This document shows positions 16,498-25,800 of a stretch of 51,265 nt of DNA, piece by piece. Origin of the DNA: a virus (lineage: Duplodnaviria > Caudoviricetes); the IMG/VR virus record IMGVR_UViG_3300036900_000099, positions 1 through 51,265 of that record; one strand, given 5' to 3'. Position 1 is the stretch's first letter. Every line of letters starts with the position of its first letter. Under the pieces are notes generated by a model that saw nothing but the letters and a program-made list of their open reading frames with translations, was not told where the DNA came from and searched no databases. The translations under genes were made by a program, and so were the position numbers.

Positions 16498-17565
16498 ATG
16501 GCAAAAATTACGCTTACGCACTTAACTAATCTTCAGAATGAAAACACAGCGGTATCTACTGTCAACGCTAATACTGATACAATTGTTTCTAGTTTTGATA
16601 ATACTCTATCTAGGGATGGTACTACTCCTAACCAGATGATGAATAATCTGGATATGAATAGTAACCAGATTTATAATTTACCTAGTCCAGGATCAGCTAC
16701 ATCTCCTGCTCGTCTTCAAGATGTTACGGGCTCTGTGATCATTTCTTCTGTTCCTCCTACCGGTACATCCGGTGCAGTTGTAGGATTTCTAAATGGAAAC
16801 AATACCTATTCTGGAAATGATGTTTTTAGCGGTAATAATACTTTTACTGGCACCAATACTTTTACTAATGCTGCTCCTATCACCGTGGGCGCTAATAGTG
16901 GCAATAATGGTCTTATTAATTTTAAAGGGAGTACGAGCGGTACAACGGTGGTTCAAGCCACAGCAGCCGCTTCCGGAACACTTACCTTACCTGCTGCTAC
17001 GGATACATTAATCGGTAAAGCTACAACCGATACATTAACTAATAAAACTTTAGATACAGCGGGGACTGGAAATGTTTTTAAGATCAACGGTACTAGCATT
17101 AGTGCTATTACTGGCACTGGCAGTGTTGTGCTCGCTACCAGTCCTACTCTTGTTACTCCTAACATAGGTGTTGCTACAGGTACTTCTTTAGCTGCTACAG
17201 GTTTAATTAAATCTTCAGGAACAGCTGGTATAGGTTATGCAACAGGTGCTGGCGGTACGGTTACTCAAGGAACTAGCAAATCTACAGGTGTAACGCTTAA
17301 TACTATAACTGGACAAATTACTACAAATAATGCTTCGCTTGCGGCTAATACTGGAGTATCTTTTGTTTTAACAAATTCTACTATTGCTGCTACTGACATG
17401 GTATTAACTAACATTATCAGTGGTGCAACTAACCCTGGTAAGTATACTATTACCACTGCACCAGCAGGCGGTTCAGTTACTGTAACTATTTATAATACTT
17501 CTGCTGGAGCTTTAGTAGAAGCTTTGGTTATTCAATTTATCGTATTAAAGGCAGTAACAGCATAA
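16498..17565 (+). CDS. Tail fibre / virion appendage protein
   Basis: Thr/Gly-rich; NTLSRDGxxPNQM...LDMNSNQI anchor; TLTLPAATDTL/TDTLTNKTL fibre motifs. Confidence 0.75.
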   Translation: MAKITLTHLTNLQNENTAVSTVNANTDTIVSSFDNTLSRDGTTPNQMMNNLDMNSNQIYNLPSPGSATSPARLQDVTGSVIISSVPPTGTSGAVVGFLNGNNTYSGNDVFSGNNTFTGTNTFTNAAPITVGANSGNNGLINFKGSTSGTTVVQATAAASGTLTLPAATDTLIGKATTDTLTNKTLDTAGTGNVFKINGTSISAITGTGSVVLATSPTLVTPNIGVATGTSLAATGLIKSSGTAGIGYATGAGGTVTQGTSKSTGVTLNTITGQITTNNASLAANTGVSFVLTNSTIAATDMVLTNIISGATNPGKYTITTAPAGGSVTVTIYNTSAGALVEALVIQFIVLKAVTA

Positions 17566-18428
17566 TGACACTAATTCAAAAGAACCAAGAACGTTGGGAT
17601 AATATGCATATCACTCCTTCTCGTGTAGATGGTCTTGCTAATGTTGCTAAACGTTTAATTAACCCTAGTGCTAAAGAACGTTATCAACAGATTGAAGCTA
17701 CTACAGGTGTTCCTTGGTTTATAATCGCTGTGATACATGAACGTGAAGCTTCTCAGAACTTTAACAGACAATTAGCGCAAGGCGATCCGCTCAATAAAGT
17801 ATCTACTCATGTTCCAAAAGGGCGCGGACCCTTTCTTAATCATCCTAACGATCCTCCTGGTCACGATGCTTTTTATCGTGGCGCTTTAGATGCGTTGATT
17901 GATTGTCCTCCACATGCTTCTAAGTGGAAGGATTGGTCTCCTGGTGGAGCTTTAACTTTACTTGAAGAATACAACGGTCTTGGTTACGCTAATAAAGGTC
18001 TACCAAGTCCTTATGTCTGGTCAGGTACTAATCAGTATACTTCAGGTAAATATATCAGAGATGGTGTTTTTAGCGCAACAGCAGTCGATACCCAAGAAGG
18101 ATGTGCTCCGCTCATAAAGATTATGATGCAATTAGACCCAACTATAAAGTTTGGGACACCTACTACTATTCCACCTATTATTCTACCTACAAAGGAAACT
18201 TATATGTTAAATTGGAAAACTACATTTGCTGGTATTACAGCAATTCTATCGTCTATTGGAATGCTCTTCACTACTGGTAAATTCGATATATCTCAGCTAA
18301 GCACGGTTCTTCCTGGCATTCTTGCTGGTCTAGGTCTGCTCTTCGCTAAAGATTCTGACGTGCACTCTACGCCTGCTGAAGTTAAGAAAGCTGGTGTTGT
18401 TGCTGATCTAACTACTGCTTCTAAGTAA
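17565..18428 (+). CDS. Endolysin (lysozyme-like, COG5526-type) with C-terminal membrane domain
   Basis: GVPWFIIAVIHEREAS, LEEYNGLGY and PSPYVWSGTNQYTSGKYIRDG motifs. Confidence 0.85.
   Translation: MTLIQKNQERWDNMHITPSRVDGLANVAKRLINPSAKERYQQIEATTGVPWFIIAVIHEREASQNFNRQLAQGDPLNKVSTHVPKGRGPFLNHPNDPPGHDAFYRGALDALIDCPPHASKWKDWSPGGALTLLEEYNGLGYANKGLPSPYVWSGTNQYTSGKYIRDGVFSATAVDTQEGCAPLIKIMMQLDPTIKFGTPTTIPPIILPTKETYMLNWKTTFAGITAILSSIGMLFTTGKFDISQLSTVLPGILAGLGLLFAKDSDVHSTPAEVKKAGVVADLTTASK
18204..18428 (+). CDS. Nested in-frame holin-like protein, 74 aa
   Basis: AAAGGA 7 nt before ATG; MLNWKTTFAG...GLGLLFAKD with two TM segments. Confidence 0.55.
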   Translation: MLNWKTTFAGITAILSSIGMLFTTGKFDISQLSTVLPGILAGLGLLFAKDSDVHSTPAEVKKAGVVADLTTASK

Positions 18429-18611
18429 GTGAGCGCAGCTTTAATAGCTTTCATTATTGAAACGGTATTGCCGTACGTTCTTCGGAATTTACCGGCAATA
18501 CTTAGTTTCATCGCAACTATTAACCCTCAAGCCCATGAACAGATTGTGAATACTGTTAAGAGTCATTCCAAAGACCAGGGGCCTGATTTTGATTGGCATA
18601 GTGGTCCATAA
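18429..18611 (+). CDS. Small hydrophobic protein
   Basis: GTG abutting a stop; TAATG overlap downstream. Confidence 0.6.
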   Translation: MSAALIAFIIETVLPYVLRNLPAILSFIATINPQAHEQIVNTVKSHSKDQGPDFDWHSGP

Positions 18612-18847
18612 TGTATACTGAAGATCACGACGAATTACCTCATCCCTCTCCGGGACCTGGTGAACCTGAATATAAACATTCAGGAACTCAGCTTGCGATG
18701 GATTCTCCTTCCATAGTTCCTAGTCAAACAGCTCTTCAAGAAGGTAATGATGCTTATCTTCAAAAAGGTAAAGATGCTTTAACTAAAGGTGCTTTAGGCA
18801 TGTTTAAATATTTTGGCCCGTATTTAAGAAAACCGGATACAAGATAA
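18611..18847 (+). CDS. Hypothetical protein
   Basis: TAATG overlaps at both ends. Confidence 0.65.
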   Translation: MYTEDHDELPHPSPGPGEPEYKHSGTQLAMDSPSIVPSQTALQEGNDAYLQKGKDALTKGALGMFKYFGPYLRKPDTR

Positions 18848-19611
18848 TGAGCATGACTCTTCTTGATATGGTACAAAACATCTTATCTGATTTAGATTCA
18901 GATGAGGTGAATTCCATATCTGATACTACCGAGTCTTTACAGATAGCTAATATCATTAAGACTAAGTATAATGATATTGTCTCACGGAGTTCTATGCCTG
19001 AGCATACTAAGCTTATACAGCTTACGGCTTCAGGAGATAATACTAAACCAGTGTTGATGTATGCGCCTGCAGGTACTAACGAGATATCTTGGATTAAGTA
19101 TTACAACGCTGATCCTTCATTAGCAGTTAATGAATTTGAATACGTAAACATCGTACCTGTGGAACAGTTTTTGTCCACAGTAAATCAAATGAATACGGCA
19201 GATTCTAACGTAGGTACTTGGGTATTTAACGAACCTCCGTATAACTTTAATCTAAGGTTCTTTAACGATAAACAACCACAGTCTTGCTGCATACTAGAGA
19301 ATTATTTCATACTTTTCGATATGTATAATTCAACGGTAGATACTACTCTTCAGACTAGTAATACGATGGCATATGCACAGCTAATGCCTCCGTTTAGTTT
19401 AGTTGATACGTTTGTTCCAGACTTGGACGATAGTTCTTTTGCGTTACTGTTAGCAGAGTCAAAGGCTAATGCTTTTGTTACTCTTAAACAAACCGTTAAT
19501 CCTAAGATTGAGCAAGAGACTAAGCGTCAATGGTCTTCTGTACAAAAGAATAAAGGGTTATTTAATGCTCCTACATACTTCGATGCTCTGCCTCATTTTG
19601 GAAGGAAATAG
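18847..19611 (+). CDS. Tail tubular protein A / adaptor
   Basis: MTLLDMVQNILSDLDSDEVNSISDTTES N-terminus typical of podoviral adaptors. Confidence 0.85.
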   Translation: MSMTLLDMVQNILSDLDSDEVNSISDTTESLQIANIIKTKYNDIVSRSSMPEHTKLIQLTASGDNTKPVLMYAPAGTNEISWIKYYNADPSLAVNEFEYVNIVPVEQFLSTVNQMNTADSNVGTWVFNEPPYNFNLRFFNDKQPQSCCILENYFILFDMYNSTVDTTLQTSNTMAYAQLMPPFSLVDTFVPDLDDSSFALLLAESKANAFVTLKQTVNPKIEQETKRQWSSVQKNKGLFNAPTYFDALPHFGRK

Positions 19612-19648
19612 TTGAGGTACTAACGTACTTCAAACCTAAAGGTTTAAA

Positions 19649-19966
19649 ATGGCTTCTCTATTTCATAATTCTACCTCTAAAGATCATTCTAAAGTTATGC
19701 ATAACGATGTACGTACGATAACTTTTCAGATAATGGATGATAAAAAGCCTACGTCTTCTACTGGTATAGTTGATCCACGTCTTTATAAAGGTGGTAATAA
19801 ATTATACGCTACTAGAGGTGATGATTTCCTTTGGTATGTAAAGTACGACAAAGGTGCTATTCCTCCTGCGCTACAGCAGAAGTGGACACACTTTCCACGT
19901 ATGGTTGATGATATTACTGGTTACTTTAACACACGTAATGTTGCTATTAAACAGATTGAGGATTAA
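19649..19966 (+). CDS. Hypothetical protein
   Basis: 105 aa; GAIPPALQQKWT motif; lies between tail genes. Confidence 0.75.
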   Translation: MASLFHNSTSKDHSKVMHNDVRTITFQIMDDKKPTSSTGIVDPRLYKGGNKLYATRGDDFLWYVKYDKGAIPPALQQKWTHFPRMVDDITGYFNTRNVAIKQIED

Positions 19967-22317
19967 TTGCCATCCCTCAGAATAATTCACTACAAGTACA
20001 AAATAACTTTGTCGGAGGACTTAAAACTGAGTTCACTGGATTAAACTTTCCAGAGAATGCAGTAACTTCGACAGATAATTGCGTTTACTCCGTCATTGGG
20101 GACGTCACTCGCCGTGGTGGCATAGATTACGAAAGTAACTTTCAACTCAATGCGATCGGAGTCGCCGCTGCGGCTAAGTCTTCTTTTAAGTGGGAGAACG
20201 TAGGCGGCGATGGTTCAACACAGATGGTAGTCCAACAGATTGGGTCTACTCTGTATTTCTATAAATCTTCAGCCGCAACTACAGCTAATCCGTTATCTAA
20301 ACAAATATTAGCTTCTACAATTTCTATTACGCCGTTCCTGGTATCAGGTAGTTCTGCTGATCCCTCTCAGCTAGAGTGTACCTATGCTTCAGGCAACGGC
20401 TATTTGTTTGTGTTTAATCCTGCTTGTGAACCATTCTACATATCGTTCGATGGCGTATCTACGATGACTGCTGCTGCGATTACTGTGCAAGTCAGAGACT
20501 TTATCGGTATACCTGAAACAACTGCTTTTAACTTTCAACCTGTTAGTTTAACTACCGATCATAATTATAATCTAATTAATCAAGGTTGGGGTCAGTCTTT
20601 TGTGATACCTTTAGCGGTAGGTCAAGTAACTACTTACGCAGGTTCAGGCACATTTACTTTTAATACTGGTAGTGTAGATCCTACTAATTATGCTATTCCT
20701 ACTGGTGCATCTGCGCTTAAGGTTGTAGTATCTGATCCTAAAGACTTTTCACCAGTACCTTATATGTTAGGTACTTTGGTATCTATGACGTCTAATAGTA
20801 TTACGATTACGATGACTTCAACGTCTTCTGGTAGTCCAGGTGCGCTCACCTCTTTTATAGCTTGGAACATTACTGTAGCTACTGATTATATTGGTACGTA
20901 CTTTACAGCTATTAATGCTTATCCATCTAACTCGGAACAGTGGTGGCAGTATCGTTCTACTAACGTAAACCAAGCCTCTCCTGATGGTACGTTTAAACCT
21001 TCAGCGACTAAAGGTTATGTTGTGCTCAATAATAACCAAGCTCCACAAGGTTCTGTAATACTTAGTGCTTTTAATCAAGATAGAGGAACAGCTTCACATC
21101 TTAGTGGCATCACAACTGTATCTACTTTAAATAGACCTACTAACGGCTGTTGGTTTCAAGGACGTGTATGGTTTTCAGGTGTAAATGCTTCACAACAAGC
21201 TTCAGGAGATATGCCATTTGTTACTTGGACAGAGAACATTTACTTTAGTCAAATCGTAACACGTGTTGAACAATTTGGTAGGTGTTATCAAAAGAATGAT
21301 CCTACTTCCCCAGACTTCTTTGATTTACTTCCGGATGACGGTGGTGTGATTACTATTCAAGGTAGTGGTCAGATATATAAACTAGTTCCTGTGCAGAATG
21401 GTTTAATGGTATTTGCAGCTAACGGCTGTTGGTTTATCACAGGTTCACAAGGTATAGGTTTTGCTCCTAATGACTACACTATCACGCAGATATCCGGCAT
21501 ACGCAGCAACTCCGAGACATCTTTTATCGACGTCCTGGGGTGGCCGGTCTTTTGGAACGAGGAGGGAATTTACTCCGTCACTCCCAGTAGGCAAGGAGGA
21601 GGCATTGAAGTCAACAATCTCGTTATCGGGACGATCGCATCCTACTATAGCGCTATACCCTTGGTATCGAAGAAATTCGCTAGGGGAACCTACAATCCCT
21701 TAGATTATACTATGCAGTGGGTATTTAGGAGTACAGTTGAGAGTAATATAACAGAGAGATATCAATATGACTCAATCCTTGTCTTCAACACAGCGAATAA
21801 AGCGTTCTACGTCCACACCGTTTCCGGCACTACTCGAATACATGATTGTATATATGTTAGTTCTCCTGGCAATAGTAATGCTCCTGAGCCCATTATAAAA
21901 TACATCGTTTCTGCGAGCACCAATATGACATTTGCAGAAGAGAACGATTTTACTAATTACGTAGACTTTAACAGCGGCACACCAGTGAACTTTGTTTCAA
22001 CCTTCACGACTGGGTACATGCTCCATGGTAAAGCTGCGATGAAGTTCCAAGTGCCATATGTCTTTATGTTCCTGAACTCAAATGATGGCTCTTACAAGAT
22101 CAATGGCCTTTGGAACTATTCTGCTACCGGTAACTCAGGTAAGTGGACGAACACTCAAGTATTTACATTGACTGATAATCAGTATGATAAGATGTATAAC
22201 AGAGTAAGAATTAGAGGTAGAGGTAATGCTCTACAGATTAAGATAACTTCAGAAGATGGACAACCATTTGATTTCAGTGGTTGGGCACTCTACGAGAATA
22301 TAAATACGAGTATATAA
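19966..22317 (+). CDS. Tail tubular protein B / nozzle, extended to a non-canonical start
   Basis: Frame is open from 19960; NNFVGGLKTEFTGLNFPENA...DVTRRGG lies upstream of the first ATG (20224); FQGRVWFSG, YFSQ and RIRGRG motifs; exact start uncertain. Confidence 0.8.
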   Translation: MAIPQNNSLQVQNNFVGGLKTEFTGLNFPENAVTSTDNCVYSVIGDVTRRGGIDYESNFQLNAIGVAAAAKSSFKWENVGGDGSTQMVVQQIGSTLYFYKSSAATTANPLSKQILASTISITPFLVSGSSADPSQLECTYASGNGYLFVFNPACEPFYISFDGVSTMTAAAITVQVRDFIGIPETTAFNFQPVSLTTDHNYNLINQGWGQSFVIPLAVGQVTTYAGSGTFTFNTGSVDPTNYAIPTGASALKVVVSDPKDFSPVPYMLGTLVSMTSNSITITMTSTSSGSPGALTSFIAWNITVATDYIGTYFTAINAYPSNSEQWWQYRSTNVNQASPDGTFKPSATKGYVVLNNNQAPQGSVILSAFNQDRGTASHLSGITTVSTLNRPTNGCWFQGRVWFSGVNASQQASGDMPFVTWTENIYFSQIVTRVEQFGRCYQKNDPTSPDFFDLLPDDGGVITIQGSGQIYKLVPVQNGLMVFAANGCWFITGSQGIGFAPNDYTITQISGIRSNSETSFIDVLGWPVFWNEEGIYSVTPSRQGGGIEVNNLVIGTIASYYSAIPLVSKKFARGTYNPLDYTMQWVFRSTVESNITERYQYDSILVFNTANKAFYVHTVSGTTRIHDCIYVSSPGNSNAPEPIIKYIVSASTNMTFAEENDFTNYVDFNSGTPVNFVSTFTTGYMLHGKAAMKFQVPYVFMFLNSNDGSYKINGLWNYSATGNSGKWTNTQVFTLTDNQYDKMYNRVRIRGRGNALQIKITSEDGQPFDFSGWALYENINTSI

Positions 22318-22854
22318 ATGTTTCCAGGTATGGGAGAATACGGTTTAGCTGGTCAAAGCGTTGGGTTAGTTGCCCAAGGCGTAGGGGCTTATATGGGCTA
22401 CCAAGCTCAACAAGGTATCAGCCAAGCTAATCAAAACATAGCTAAAGACCAACAAGCGATTAACGAGCAGAACTTAATTCAAATGAAGCTCAATGCTCGT
22501 CGTGCTCAGATGGAAGTATTGCGCAATAACCAGCGTGCACGTTCAATGGCCTTGTCTTCTGCAACTGGACAAGGTGCTCAGTTTGGTAGTGGTTTGTCTG
22601 GAGGCTACGGACAGATTGCAGGTACGGCTGGTACAAATCTACTTGGAATTAATCAGAACCTTAAGATCGGTGAGACTATCTCTACGTATAATCAAGATAT
22701 AACTAATCAACAACTTGCGGTGTCTAAGTATCAATCACAAGCATCTACTGCTCAAGGTATAAGCAGTCTTGGTTCAGGAGCATTTAGCTTAGGTCAGGGG
22801 CTAACGTCTTATGGTACTCCATCTAAATATAATCCAGGAGCGGCTACCGGCTAA
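22318..22854 (+). CDS. Internal virion (ejection) protein
   Basis: Gly/Ala/Gln-rich, hydrophobic N-terminus, position after the nozzle gene. Confidence 0.7.
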   Translation: MFPGMGEYGLAGQSVGLVAQGVGAYMGYQAQQGISQANQNIAKDQQAINEQNLIQMKLNARRAQMEVLRNNQRARSMALSSATGQGAQFGSGLSGGYGQIAGTAGTNLLGINQNLKIGETISTYNQDITNQQLAVSKYQSQASTAQGISSLGSGAFSLGQGLTSYGTPSKYNPGAATG

Positions 22855-25800
22855 TGTACTCTCCTCTTGATCAAACTCCTCCTGAGGATAACTCTCCTCT
22901 TACTTTACCTACGACTCCGAACATTCCTATGTCTCCGGAAACTGCTTCTCCATTGGCAGGTAAAGTATCGTGGGCGTTTGATAAACCTTACAACGATGTT
23001 TATGATGCTTTGATTAGAGGACAAGAAGATCCTTTGCGTGCTAATCTAGCTGCAGAGGAATCGAGTAATCAGCTATCTAACATCGGAGATATTATACGTA
23101 AGGCACGTTCTTATATAACTCCTACTGCACTAACTCAATTAACTGCTCCTAAAGATCCTAGAGATATCTTTGAGAAGAAGTTTGCTGAGAAGTCTATCAA
23201 TAGTCTAACTGACTATAAAGAAGATGATGTTGATGAGAAACCTACTGCGATACTAGATGCTGCGCGTGAAGATCCTGCTGGTCTAGCAGAAGATACTGCT
23301 GCCGGTAAGAGTATTGCATATAGACGTCAACTACTTGAGACTGGATTACAAGATGCCCAAGATACTTATAAACATCAAGGTTATTTCAGTTGGGGATTAG
23401 ATCTTGCTAAACAGTTAACTCAGATTTATCCAGAAGCTAAACTCAGAGGTAATATACCTGGAGTAGGTGCATTTGAAGGTGGATTACTTGGTGAAAACTT
23501 AGAGAAGCAACGTGTTGGTTTGCTCAGTATTCCAGATGATGAAGAGTTTAAGAATACTTACTTAAACATTCTTAATAAGCTTAAACAAGATAATCCGTCT
23601 ATGGCAGTAGCATTTGCTCAAGCTATGTACGGGCAGTCTTTGTCAGATCGTTACATTAATAACGCTATGACTGCTATAGGCGCTCTAGATATTAAATCTG
23701 GCTTCTTAATTGGTAAAGGAATAGCTGGTAGAGTTGCAGCTCGTCGTGCGCTGACGGATATTATAAACAGGGGTGCAGATGAGGCTGCTAAGGGTTTAGA
23801 TGCTGTAGCGCCTTCTATTGCGACTGCAGAGGCATCTGGACACGTAGGAGATGCTGCGCTACAACAAACTGTCAATAGGATTCTCGATCAAGAAGCTACT
23901 AGGATAACTCCTGAGCGTACTGCGCTTGAAGGTCTTATGAGTATTATGAAACAGGGTAAGAACCTTGCTTTGGATAATACTCCTGAAAGAGTACGAGCAG
24001 TAATCACAGGAATGCGTAAGACATTAGAATTTAACGCAGCTTCTAAAGATCCTGCGATAATCGAAGAGATGAAAGTTTTACAGACGCACCTAGATGAGTT
24101 TACTAAAGATAATGAATTAGCTGCTAAACATCCTGAAGTAGCACGTGAGATATTCGCTAGATTAAGTGAACAGTATGATAATACTACCGGAGCATTTATT
24201 GAAGCTCGCCTTAATCTTCAAAACGTATTGCGCATTGGTAATGCGTTAGCTAATCGTAAAGTATTAGAACAAGTATGGAAAGAGATTAAAGGACGCACTC
24301 AAGGTCTTTCTGACAATGTAATCGATCAAACCATTCCTAAGTTTAATCCTATTACTCAAAACCATGAAGTTACAACTATCTTTGGACGTAATTCTGCTGA
24401 GCTATTTAATAACGATGCAGAAGCTATTGGTACAGTAGAAAAGCACGGTTTGCGTGTAACTATGATTGATGGTGTTCCTGTTGAAGGAGTTAAGCCTGGT
24501 GAGTCAGGGGTATCTATTGGTAGTGTAGGTGGCAAGTATTATGCTGCTATATCTAGACCGATTAATGAAATAGAACATTACATCAGAGATGCTGTTGTTG
24601 AGACAGAAGAATCTAAAGCAGGTAACCACGGTATTCTTAACTCTTGGGGGTTAGGTTGGGGGCGTACACCTGATGAAGTATTACCTCAATTAGAGAACAT
24701 GAACCGTAAGATTGCGATCTACGGTCCTGCTGCTCTACGTGATGTATTAGAAAGATATATAGCATCTAAGGTTGACTTAGCTAGAGCTAGATTACGTGGT
24801 AAGAATCTATTTGAAGTATTCAATAACCTTGGTAAAGGTTCACAATTTCAGCGAATGCTCGATCATCTACAAAGAGCTATTAATCCTGAGACTGGTAAAC
24901 CTGGAATAGAGTTTAAGACTCCTCAAGAAGTGTATTCATTCTATATGACTAATTACGGTCGTATGCCTGATCCAATCGAATATGAAGCATACTTTGCTGC
25001 TAAGCACGGTATGGATATGGATCTATCCTTCCGTAACATGATGGTAGTTAAGAACATCGCTCGTCTTGGTGGTGAAGAACATCGTATTAGTGTTTATAAC
25101 GGTAGGGCTCCTGAAGGACGAGACAAGTCTAAATGGTTTGTCGGTATGACTGTTAAACCTGAAGGTGAACTACTTCCTGCAATTCCTGAAGGAACTACTA
25201 ATCCTAAAATAGACCGTAAGTTAACTGATCCTGGTCTTAATGTTCAATACAAAGAAGTAGAGTTTGGTGGTAAGAAGTATACTGCTGCGTTTAGTGGTGG
25301 TAGGAAAGCTGACGTACGTCTTGGTATACCTAATGATGCTCCGATAGCACATGTAGGTGACAATACCGGTGAATTAAACATTACATCTGCCCAGAGCTTT
25401 GCTCAGTCTAGAGTTGGTAAGGATATTATTCCTAAGTTACAGACTGGTGAGTATAAGTTAATTAAACTTTACAACGTTCATCAGAATGATTTGAATGGGT
25501 TTAACGGTATCGGTAACGAACGTATTCAATACGTGATCACTAGAAATCATGAAGTACGTCCGGTGTCTTTTCAACAAATACCTAGACAACCTGGGTTTCA
25601 TATTCAGTATGATCATCCGTTCTATATGAAGCAAGCGGATATTAGAAAAAGTATAGTTGGTCCTGATGAATACCATTGGTATGAAGGCGACAATACTGCG
25701 TTTCTTCTTCAGAATAGATTGATGGGTGAAGACCTCGCAAAGGTTATGAATGAAGTACGTGGTCATATAGCTGGTGGAAGAGAAGCAGAGGCTGAAGCAG

